This document shows positions 49,801-61,800 of a stretch of DNA of 64,000 nt, piece by piece. A model generated the notes under the pieces. That model was not told where the DNA came from. It ran no database searches and saw only the letters and a program-made list of their open reading frames with translations. Made by a program: the position numbers and the translations under genes. The stretch lies in the NCBI GenBank assembly GCA_002633005.1, contig NMRA01000205.1, positions 1 through 64,000 on the forward strand, read 5' to 3'. This DNA comes from Phoronis australis. Lineage: Eukaryota > Animalia > Phoronida. Within the stretch, counting starts at the first letter, position 1; every line of letters starts with the position of its first letter.

Positions 49801-52800
49801 CGACAGCATTTACGCTAACGGAGTTGAGATAGCCGTCATCATTGTCTTCACCAACAGTGTTCACATTGCGTTAGGTTTCCTCTTACAAACAGCCGCAAAG
49901 TGATTTCGGTTGCCGCATGCTGTGCAGGTTTGTCCATTAGTCAAACACAATTCTTTGCTCATAGCATGCACAGAACTGACATTTCTTAATGTTCCTAGCC
50001 TGCACTTTCTTAGGCTTAGTGCGCTTAACTGTGTGGACCTCATTCGCATGTGACATTGATTTCAACCTGGCAGCCGTTGCCTCAGTAGCTCTGCACATGT
50101 CAATGCACTTGGTCAGGCTCAAATCTTGAACCTCTAACAAAGTTTTTCTCAGTTCATCATTGTCAATGCCCATTATAATTCTGTCTCTGAGCAGGGTGTC
50201 TCATGCAGTCGCAGAATTGACAGTTGCGTGGCAAATGCTGTAGGTTTGTCAAAACATCAAAAGACTCGCGTTGCTGCTTCAAAGAGTTGAACAAATACCT
50301 TTCATATGTGGCGTTAGTCTTTCTAATGATGTAGTCATCAAAGCGTGTAATGGTTGTTGCGACAGTCTTCTCACCATCGAATGTAAAGCCGTTGTAAATT
50401 CTCAGAGCGTCCGTGCCAATGCAGTTTATAAACATTGCCAGTTTTTACTCTTCAGATTGTCCATCGAGCTTTGACAAAAGGGCATAATTAGTCCACTGAT
50501 GTCTCCACAATTCTCACTGTCCGATTCTGTCAGAAGCGGACAAATCCAGTGTCTGTGGCGGTTTGATTGCGGGTAGGAATTTGTCAGTTCCTTCGGCCAT
50601 GTCGGTATCGTTGTAAAATGTCTCCAACACTAGAATCAGTGTTCCACTGGCTTTAACTCTAAAACCAATAAGCTCGCTGCCACCATGTATGAACACCTCT
50701 TTCAAACACAACTCTGTGTTACGGTTTTACGTGGGTATATTCTAGAGATCTACAAGATACATCTACCGGGGTATTCACTATGCTGTCCAACTCTCAACTG
50801 AAAACTTGTTTGTCAGAACTAGAGATCATATGCTCATGAGTCATAATCAGATTTCAGAGAATTGTTTTTCACAACTTACACAATCTATGATTCTAGCTAC
50901 CAGTGCCATATAAGGTTATGTTTTGAACTCTGCAAGTTTAATGAAAACCACGAACATAACAAGACCCAGTACCTCGCATGTTCACAATACCCCTCGCATG
51001 TTCACAGTACCCCTCGCATGTTCACAGTGCCCCTCGCNCGCATGTTCACAGTACCCCTCCCATGTTCACAGTACCCCTCCCATGTTCACAGTACCCCTCC
51101 CATGTTCACAGAACCCTTTGCATGTTCACCTATTGATGCATGAACAGATGATCATCACACGTTGCCTGTGTATTTTTCTATTTCTTGCCAAACGGTTAAT
51201 ATAGTATTTTGAGTGTTTGCACTGATGTGTTTATGTTGCAACTTGGACTTGGATGCTTACCGGGTCACCAAAAAATCAGAGATTTCACTGAGCCCAGTTT
51301 GGCTATTGTTGCTACTGTTAAAAATTGGGTTTATAGTAGTTTTTATTTTGCTTGAGAACCATTGTCTGTGTTATTCCTGTTTTGGAGTTCAATAATAATA
51401 GTTCTTTTAGAGAGTTTTTCTTCCCTAAATAAATAATGATTGCACCACAAAGTGAGGGATGTTTGGGCACATTTTGTGCTATGGAACTTCTTTGTTGTCA
51501 GTCGAAATGTTGGTGATACCATGACTTAAATGGGCACAATTTGTCGTTTCAGCGTATGCCGCGGTCAGAATATCGACATCTGGAGGTTTTTGGTGGACAG
51601 AGTATATCCAGCTCAGTAAGTTAACATTGTCTTGTGTCCTCCCCTAGAGGAGGTGCCACTCTCCTAAATTACTAATTTCAGTTTCCGGTTAATGTATTGT
51701 GACGGGAAATTTTTGCATCTATTTTACCGTCCAGTACAAGGAAAAAACAATTTTGGCATTGAAACTATGTTCAAATTCTTCAAATAATAGAACTATTGGT
51801 ATCGTGAGTACTTTTGGCACCCGACCACACAACAGCCAACCATGAATTGCAGACGTTGTACTTGCCCTCTGTAAAACTTGCTAATTTTGCCAGGTGTCGC
51901 TAGTGAATAACGTCACGGCTTATGCATAAGATCACAGATTTTGTCCATTGAAAATATGCGGAGTTGGCGGTCCAGGTACTATAGTCTATGGTCAAACCCA
52001 TTCTGTCACCTGGTGCAGTGACATTAAAACTTGCATTTTTATAACTATATTGCTAAAAAGAAACAGTTTGACCAATCATCAACACAGGGCCAAGAGAATT
52101 TAAGACTATAGGACATTGGGCAATAGTCTACTCAGGGCCAAGAGAATACAAGACTACAGGATATTGGGCAATAGTCTACACAGGACGAAGAGAATATAAG
52201 ACTATAGGATATACGGTAATAGTCTACACAGGGCCAAGAAAATATAAAACCACAGGATATTGGGCAATAGTCTACACAGGACCAAGAGAATATAAGACTA
52301 TAGGAAATTGGGCAATAGTCTACACAGGGCCAAGAGAATATAAGACTATAGGATATTGGGCAATAGTCTACACAGGGCCAAGAGAATATAAGACTATAGG
52401 ATATTGGGCAATAGTCTACACAGGGCCAAAAGAATATAAGACTACAGGATATTGGGAAATAATCTACACAGGGCCAAGAAAATATAAGACCACAGGATAT
52501 TGGGCAATAGTCTACACAGGACCAAGAGAATATAAGACTATAGGAAATTGGGCAATAGTCTACACAGGGCCAAGAGAATATAAGACTATAGGATATTGGG
52601 CAATAGTCTACACAGGGCCAAGAGAATATAAGACTATAGGATATTGGGCAATAGTCGGATTTAACATCAACCTGATGCTCATTATTAAGTGGATAAAACG
52701 GGTTCTCAAAACAGTGTTCTCCACAACAAAAAATTCAAACTTGACTTGAATTTCAAAATTCATGAACATGTGCTCAAAATCAATGTTTATTCTGTTGAGA

Positions 52801-55800
52801 TTTTGTATGTAAATATCGTGAAATAAATACACTGAACTGGTGCTAAATATATAAAATGTCCCAATTTGCTTACAAAATGGCTATTCTCCCAATATTTCAA
52901 ACTCTTTGCACAGGTTGTTAAATTCGACAAACTAGTCATGGCAAAATTTAAACCTGACGCAGTGACGAATTGAAACAAGCTGTGGAGAACACTGCAAAAT
53001 GCAGGCACGTTATTTCCAGCTATTACCGGATATTAGCAGCTTTAAACGAAATAAAATAATTCTTCACTTATTTAGCACACAAAATGGTTGACACATGAAA
53101 TTCTATTTTGTCAAAATTTCTCTTCTTAGTCCTTTACCAGCATGGTTTGTAGTGTACAGGTGATGTAAAATATCATTTGGTGAAGTTCCCTTTATTGGCA
53201 GCAAGGTAAGTAACTTTTGAAAACAGAAATTTAAGTGACTGTTTTGACGATTATTTTGGGCTAGAATAAGTGGAGAATTTCCATACATGATTATCACTGT
53301 CCCAACATCAAGGTTTACCAGAGGGCAATACGCTCTCTTATGTTTTTGAATTTTTAGTTGTAACTTCTGTTGCTTCCAAGTAAGAACTACGGCATTTCTA
53401 CAGTGCAATTAAATAGCTGATTTTTTTGTTTCAGGACTGTTAAAACTGTCAAAGGCAACCTAGCTCTGTATCCTTTATGTTTTATGTAATTGTTTACAAT
53501 TTTATGCTCATAAATGTTTTTGCCCCTACTGTATCATCGAAGTCATTTTGTGATATAGCAATTGCAAATGGTAAAGTTATCATTGAGGGACCTACGCAGT
53601 AGGTCACATTTGGATATCTGTTTATTCCTTGATTCGAGACTTCTTAAGGAAGCAAAAACTCTCCTTGTCGAGTTATCAAGTTGGGTATAATGGCGCCAAG
53701 TCATATTCCCATGAAAAGTCTCAACTACTTGAAGAGAAGAAACAGTTGTCAGCAGAATTACGCATGCTGAAGGACTCCATTCAGTTAGTGGAAAAAGATC
53801 TAGATAGGTGTCAGCATACTCTTCTAGATACAGGTAAGTTCACAAACAGCTCACAATGACCTTGACTGCAGGCTACACCTACATTAGGAAGTAGTTACCC
53901 AGAATGCAGCGGTACACACGTGTCAAGCACTTGTACTGTTTCTTCACATCCACTCAACTGCATTTTGAATTGCAGTGCTGCACACCATCAAGTTGGCAAA
54001 AGGGCAAGCATTATTGCTGGATGTGCTACACATTTTTATCAACTTGAAGGTGTGGCATCTTGTATTCATTATATTGTAGAATTTAGCTCACTGCGAGTGT
54101 TATGTGGCTGGTTAAACGACTTGGAGTTGTTTCACCGATGTGGGTCAAATTCAATGACCTCATTTAAATTCCATCAGTGGCCTTGTATGAAAAAAATTCT
54201 TTTTAGTGGATTTGAATGTTAGGTACACAATAGGTCACTCTGGTGTTTAGATCTTGGACAAAGACAAAGCCACCATCAGGCTCCTCATAAAGGAGTCTAT
54301 GATTCTCGCTGAACGCTATTTGAATAGAAACATTGGTTCATTTGAGCTCCAAGTATTTTGATTTCTGGTCTCTCCTCACAATGCTGTTTGATGCATACCT
54401 GTGTTCAGACTGTTCACCTGTTTTACCTGAATAGTTGTCTTGAGAATGGTTTATTGATGGTAAACCGAAACGTTGACTAATACATTCATTTTGTTTATGC
54501 ATGCACTGATTTTAAAGTTGTATGCACTGATTTTAAAGTTCGTTCTCATATTTTGTCCTGAAACAAATGTGATTGAGTATTTCCTAGTAAATGATACATG
54601 TACATTGACATTGAGGGGTGTACACAATCATAATGGTCAAATGCAAGGACCTTGGTGGGGCCTCCCCATGCAAACTTTCTGTGTGTTTTGTCTTAGTTAA
54701 GTTGCTTCCCATCATGTCCACAGGTCAATGTACTTCAACATTTTTAAGGTGGAAGTCATTTTTGTTCGCTTACAGTGCTGTATATTAGATGTTTGCTTTT
54801 AAGACTGCTATGTATAATTCATGTCCGTTCTTCTATTGACAGAAAGTGCCCAGGATCACTCCGAGTCGTCTATACATGACACACAACGCAAAGCACAACT
54901 ATTAAATGTCTACAGTAGGGTGTGTAATGAAGAGATGGCTGTCTACTCCGAATACACAAAGCGACTTCTGTCCAAGATTGACTCCAACACAAACAGGTGT
55001 TTGTTGTATTCACTACATAATGTGCCGACATTCAACTGTCACAGAACAATACATATACATGTACAGAACCATTGCTTTGGGGATTGCGTGCAGTGAGCTG
55101 TGAACAGGCTGGTGTTAAAACTGTATTAGAGTTGTCCGTGTCTTGCCTTCAGCCTGGGTTGTGTTCAATAACGCTAGGTCCTCACTAGAAAAGCACGACG
55201 TAAGAGATTATGCGAGATATAGCCGCAAGAACAGGTGATTTTTGCTAGATTTTTCTAGTCACGAGACAGCAAGTGAACTCTACCCTGTTTATTATACTGT
55301 ATAAACTAGCTATCATCAGTTTAGGGGACTAGAACAGGCTCTCTAATCAGGGCCATTGAACTAATACTAACTTACTTGTAAGCAGCAGCGTCGTTGCTGC
55401 TGACCGTCGCTCGTCTTCAGCTGGTTAGGAATCGTCATTGGTCGTTTCGGCCCTGATCCAGTACGACCTCCAATAACCTGGCCCCCTGAGGTGGATCCAT
55501 ACCTCAGGTCTTACCACGGACATGTTGCCAAGTGTTACTTCTCTGCAGCCAGATGTACATCGTATGCTCAAGCTGCTTCTGCTGCTGCTGAAGAGGTCTT
55601 AAACTTACAGCTCTTTCCAAAATCTTCACCGTTCTCCATAAGCTCTTGCTGGTAAATCCTCTACAGCCAGTTTCCAACCCATTGTCTGTGCAGTCATGTA
55701 ACAGACCTTGATACTGCAGTGTTTTCCTCTTGTTGGCTTCATTGATCCTTGTCTCTCATGGCACTGTTAGCTCTATTATGGCCAATTCTTTTAGACTGTC

Positions 55801-58800
55801 CGACCATAAAACCATATCAGGCCTCATTGCTATCACTGCTATGTGTGTTGGGAAAACTGCTTGAATTCCCAGATCTACCGTCATCTTCCAGTCGCTTGAC
55901 TTGTGGAATAAACCCAGGTGATGATTTCCTCTTCCACTGCTGCTCTTTTTCCTCGCTCTCCTATCGATGTCCAGGATATGTGACAGGGCCTTCAGCACTT
56001 GGTTATGCCGCCAAGTATACTTTCTCTCTGCAAGTGCTGCTTTGCATGCTGATAGTATGTGCTGTAGAGTTCCTGGTTCCCTGCACCTATCACATCTGTC
56101 ATCTTCAGATTTCCCTCACAGACTCAAGTTCCTGGACGTGGGAAGTTGATCGTACGCTGCCTTAAGCACAAAGCTGAGTCCCTGACTTTGCGATGACAAC
56201 AGATCCTTTGAAGTGATCTTCTTTCTCAAACAGCCATCCCACGTCGTCCATTCGCCCTGCTTCTTTAAGCCCACTACTGTAGCAATGCGTATCTCCTGAA
56301 GCACCATATCTCTACGTTCTTTTTCTTTTGTTCTCTTCCACCTCCTAGTTGGTATGAAGCCTAGACCTTGCCTACCCACGCACACTGTTCTGACTATATC
56401 CTTGTGCCTCAGTCTGCCGCTGCTGCTTCCCACTTTGTACGTGCCGTGATCTCAACTCTGGAACTTCTCACCAAGCTTTCCTTAGAGTTCCTCAACGTCA
56501 TCCAGGCTCTAGCTTTCCCCACTTTGAACTCCTCTACCAGCGACCTTGTTGGTAAGGCGACTGCTGCTGACTTCCAGTATAGACCCACACCCGTAAAGCT
56601 TGGTGGTACTCCCAACCATTTCCTCAAGACTGCACTGACTTTCCTCCCCATCAATTCCACGGTGGTCAAGGGTATGTTGTTGATACTCAGAGGCCATGCC
56701 AGTTTCGGCTGCAACCCAAATTGGTAACACCAGGCCTTATATCTTCCTGGAAATCCACTCGCTTCGATCTTCCTCAGGTTCTCTGCCATCATACGCATGG
56801 TAGCCCGCCTATTGTTGGAATCCCTCAATGTGGTGTCATAATTCCTGCCTAGGTATTTCAACGGCTTCTTGTCCAGAGATGGAATGGACTCGCCGTCAAT
56901 ACTGAATGTATCATGATGGCTAACTCTTCTCTTTGCCAACACCAGACTCCTGGATTCGAGCACCTTGAACTTCATCCTTGCCCATCTCACCAACTCCGCC
57001 AACGTCTTCAGCACCCATGCTGCTCCTACAATGAAGCTGGTGGTATTGGTGAGGTCACCCACAAATGCCTTGATCACAGGTAGACACGACTCTTGGAATA
57101 GTGGGCCTCTGCATTCCTTACTGGCTCTTTGAATTAAGATGTTCATTCCCATCATAAATAATATTATTGATATGGTGCAGCCGGTTAAGATTCCCTTCTT
57201 CAATGCCTGCCAGTGTGTGGTGAAGTCCCACACAGTGAATCTCATCCGTATGTTCAGGAAGTAGTTGCGAATGAGTAGTCGAACTTTCTCTGGTATGTAC
57301 TACGTCTTCATGGCTAAGTCTGTCAGCAGGTGAGGCATAGATCCTTAGGCGTTCGCTAAGTCAAGCCATATAATCACTAAGTCTTTAGCCTGTTGCTTGT
57401 ATTCCCTGATGAGTTCTGAAAACATGCTCTTGGGGGTTTGATGTACCCATTTACCAACGCATTGCTGTCATGCGACGCGACACTATGGCAAAGGAAATCT
57501 TGCACTCTATGCAGAGAAAGAAGTTGGTCGAAAGTCCTCTATTGCCTTTGCCGCTGCTGTTTTTTGGTGATTTTGGCTATATTTTTCTAGTCAAGAGGTA
57601 GCTACGAAACTCTACCCTGTTTATTATACGGTATGTACCAGCTATCATCAGTTTAGGGGACTAGAACAGGCTCTCTAATCAGAGCAATTGAAAAATTCAG
57701 CAAAAGTAATTAAATGGCATGTGGGGATGCGCGTACTAGAAGAAAACCACAGTGTATTTGCTGTGATGTGTAACTGATGCGTTCACAAGTCATTCGAGTT
57801 CAATGAGTGATTAAGTTAAATATGCTGTACAAATTGAAAATATTCAGACAAAAGGACCTGGAATTTCCGGTCATGACAGCTGGGCAGAGGCTGAATTTAC
57901 CATCAGAGTATAGTTTTCCCTCATGACCGAGAATGAAGGAGAATTAACAGGCACGATATTAAGGTGTTTAAGCCATTATTTAATTAGAATTTTGCCACCC
58001 TGATACTTATTTCCATTCGTTTAGTTTTTGCTGTTAAAAGAATTATCTGTCATGATGGGGGAAATGGTATTTTGTCTCATTACTTTTGTCTTGTACTGTA
58101 AAATTACTGTTTGGAGACATAAACGGTAACATGAACTCCTGCATGAGAATTTCTGTCTGCAATGTAGATGCATGCATGTGCATAATTTTGACAAAACTTG
58201 AAGTTTGCCAATGCTTAAAGTTTTGTAGTTATTGTTATCCTCGTACAGATGAATCACTTTAACTGTTGCTGTCATGAGGTTGAAGGTGCTATCTTTATAA
58301 ATTCCAACCCTTGTGCCATCTTTTGTAGGAAACTGTAATCAATCAGTACATTTTGCAGTAATTATGTTTTCCAGTAAATCACAAGACACATACTTCAGCA
58401 GACCTGCCCATGTTAAAGGTGACAATGCAACCATAGAGTCTCTATGTACTGTAAGTTTAAATTGCATCACAGGCACTGCCTGCGTTGGTATCACTCGATG
58501 TTCGCCAAAGTTTCCTTTCATTTGAACAACACTTAATTGCCATGGTTGTCATTTTTCATTTTTCAAAAAGCCTGCAGTATTGTTAGAACTAATAAAAATT
58601 TTGACATGTGTTAATTGATGACAGCTGCAGCACTTAACATAGGCAACCACTCTACAATATATGTGATGTTATACTTGTACTCGAAAATCTGGATTTGGGA
58701 TCATAAAAAGTGACAACCAAAAAATGATAACTTTTGATCAGCGCTTATACAAGTGATATGAGTGAAGCCAATTTTCTATTTGCATTTTACCTTTTCCACT

Positions 58801-61800
58801 CGTATATTCAAGCATTTACTCTCTTATGTCAAACCCAGAGTTGTATAAAGTAAACTATGAATTTGGTATTTTAAGATTAATCAGAGCTAATAAATTCATA
58901 ATGCATTCTCTGTTGATTCAATGTTCTTTTTGGTAACGGAAGTAGAATCCTGTCACAGTTAGAAATATTGTGAGACTGATTTTTGAGATTAAAATGCCGG
59001 AATTGCTTTTTGTTTTTTAGCCGGCTTAATAGGACAAGTGTAGTTTCAAATAGCTTATTGACCATTTATGGATTATAGAAGATTGATGCATGCGCATTCT
59101 AGAGCTTAGATTTGTAAGACTCGGGACATCCAGTTCAGAACCCAAAGTTTCATGTTGACAACTGATCGGTTAGCTGGTTGTTGATGTCGGATAGATGCTT
59201 CCTGTTTACTTTTTTGTTAATAATGTTTATTTACCAAGAAATTGTATTTGGGTGAATAGCCAGGGTTGTGTACCCTCTGCTACTTATAAATACCAAATGA
59301 ATGTCTATTAGTGTAATTCAAATATGCTGTATTTTGAAGGTGACTCAAGAATACTGGGTGTGAAATTTATATGACTAATACAAAAGAGGGGCAAAAGAAA
59401 TGGGAAGAGAAACGGCTTTCTTGCATTCATTTCCATTGTTAAGCCACATCTATGTTAAAAAGGACTTTTGGCAACTTGAAATATTATAACTGTATTTCTA
59501 TGTATTTCTGTGTTGCTGCTTTGGATGACCGATACACTACAATCCTTTGTATACATAACATCTCGTGCTATCCGTAAAACGTTCAGCCTCATGAGTTCAG
59601 TTGGCTTCCTGGCCTTCAGTGTTCAGATTTTGCCCTTGAATTTCAGAAAAGTGTCCGCGAATGCCTTGAGAATATATCAGCCTTTCTACACGGTCTGCTA
59701 AGAGGGGACTTCAGTGGTGATAAAACCCAGTTGTAAGTGTAACTACCTGCTGTTTCCTTATAACTGAAGCAGGTCCATCTTTCTAAACTTCTGAAATATT
59801 GTTTGTCGTAGACAAAAGAGATCAATTTCAAATTCTCAAAATATTTTGTTTTACTTTTAGATGGTGTGACTCATGAACAACATAACAAACAGTAACACAT
59901 GGTATTAATGTTTGCTCGATTTCTTTTTAGCTTAGCGACCTTTGTTTTCCGCAGTAACGGAAAACGGACTGAATTCACGGAATATCACTTCTGTCATGGA
60001 ATTAGAGATTTTGAACAGAATTCACATATTTCAGGGCAGATACCTTAAGTTGCATGTTTTTGTTTTAAAATTATCAAAAATTAAGCAATATAATCCTTCA
60101 AATTTGGCATATTTTGGCTGCAAATCGATCGATGATGATTTTGCAGCAGATGTGTTCCAAGTAGTTATTCATTCTTTCTGAAGATGGAAGAACAAGAAAC
60201 ATGACATACAACAAGTTATTCTCCGGCATAATTCAGCGAAAAAGTAAGGCTGTTCCCATGTCATTTTGTGCTTTTGTTCGCTCGAGCAGAATTTGCCAAT
60301 TTATTCAAAAGGAAAAAATAATTTTATATTTGTTACAACAGATTTCTCTATTTTTCATAAAAACAGAGTCTCTCTTGTGTGTATTTCTCTCGTATAACAA
60401 TCTTGTGGGTGTTTTCTCATAAATCCAAATTATCTTCAGAAAGTTACGGTAAATACCTCATATTTTTGTGTGTTAAAGTGACATGCCATGTCGATTCATT
60501 GAGATTTCCACACCTTTACACTTAGCTGATTATATTTGTGTGTAGCGAAACTGTTGCAACCTGTAGTCTTAGGTAAGAATTTTGACTCCCTGATCATTTT
60601 GTTCATCTCTGGTGGATTTTCTTTTTTGGAAAAGTGATAATCTAAAAAATGTACAACCGACTTGATTTTCAAAAAAACAGAAACCATAACAATTGAGGTT
60701 GTTTGGCCTATGTAATCTTGAAAACTTAATACTGCAACATCTGTCACTACGTTTATTTGCCGCTGTGTGTTTTGCAGAGATAAGCAAAGGGATCGCTTGT
60801 GGTCTCGTGTGGAGCAAGTCTTCCACTCACAGTCTGTCAATGAGGTGCTGTTTTCAATCACCTTGTTAACACAAGATGGCGCTTTTGCCATTGGAGAGCA
60901 GACGGCCAACATCAACATTGTAGAGGATGCCAATAAACTGAGGTAGGGTAGTGTTGTGTAATATGAAGTATGTTCATATGAATATGTAAATCTTAAACCG
61001 GTGTGGAAATTGGGTCGCAAACATTTTTAAGGCTGTTCAGAGTGCCATCTGTGGCCCGACTTAAAAAATGTTTGCGATCTACATTTAGACGCGGGTTTGA
61101 GATTGATATGTCCTAATAAGAAACTGGGTACAACTGTTGTCAGCCTTGTGTATTTACATATTCATTCCAAGTGAGAGTTGGTTGTTCTTGTTACTTGTGA
61201 CCATGCTTGTGGTTGAATGTATAACTTCCTTGAGAATGGTTGATGTGATTTTCATCGAAACGTTGGACATTTATATATGTAAATACACAATAGTGACAAC
61301 AATTGAGTTTCTTATTAGTAATTTGGCCTAAAACCAACATCGTTAACAGGACTGTCATATTCATTTAAGCTCAGAAGTTCAAGGATGGGATGTCCTCTAC
61401 TGAGTCTGATTGGATGTCTGTGTTCTACCAATTTCTCAGTGGATTAGAGCGTCAATGCATGGTTAAGCGAAGGTTGCAGAAATTTTTTTAGACTAATATT
61501 CATTAGATTACCTGATGTGGCCAACAGGTGGCGTGCTGACTAGACAAATATTTGCAAACTAAGGATGTTCATTATCAGAGGTTGGAGCTCTCTTTTGTTA
61601 AAGTTAAAATTGCATCACCATGTTCAAGTGAAGGATACATGCAAAAATCAAAATTGTTTCGTGTTCAGATAAAACTCTCATAAGTTTATACATGATAATT
61701 GAAAGCCTTCTTTGGTAGTTGATTCTTGACAATATATAAGGCAGTTTGGAAAAGGTTGACTGGATTTGAAATTGTGTAACTTTTTCAAAACAGTTATTTG

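Larger units (their letters stand above)
55235..57692. repeat. Diverged ~125-bp direct repeats flanking the Hero-like element (55235-55360, 57566-57692)
   Basis: The copies share AACTCTACCCTGTTTATTATAC and AGCTATCATCAGTTTAGGGGACTAGAACAGGCTCTCTAATCAG. Confidence 0.9.

Noticed and set aside
52082-52656. CRISPR-like appearance of regular repeats (also 42370-42600 and 50967-51130)
   Set aside because: The units are head-to-tail with no unique spacers, there are no cas genes, and the context is eukaryotic.
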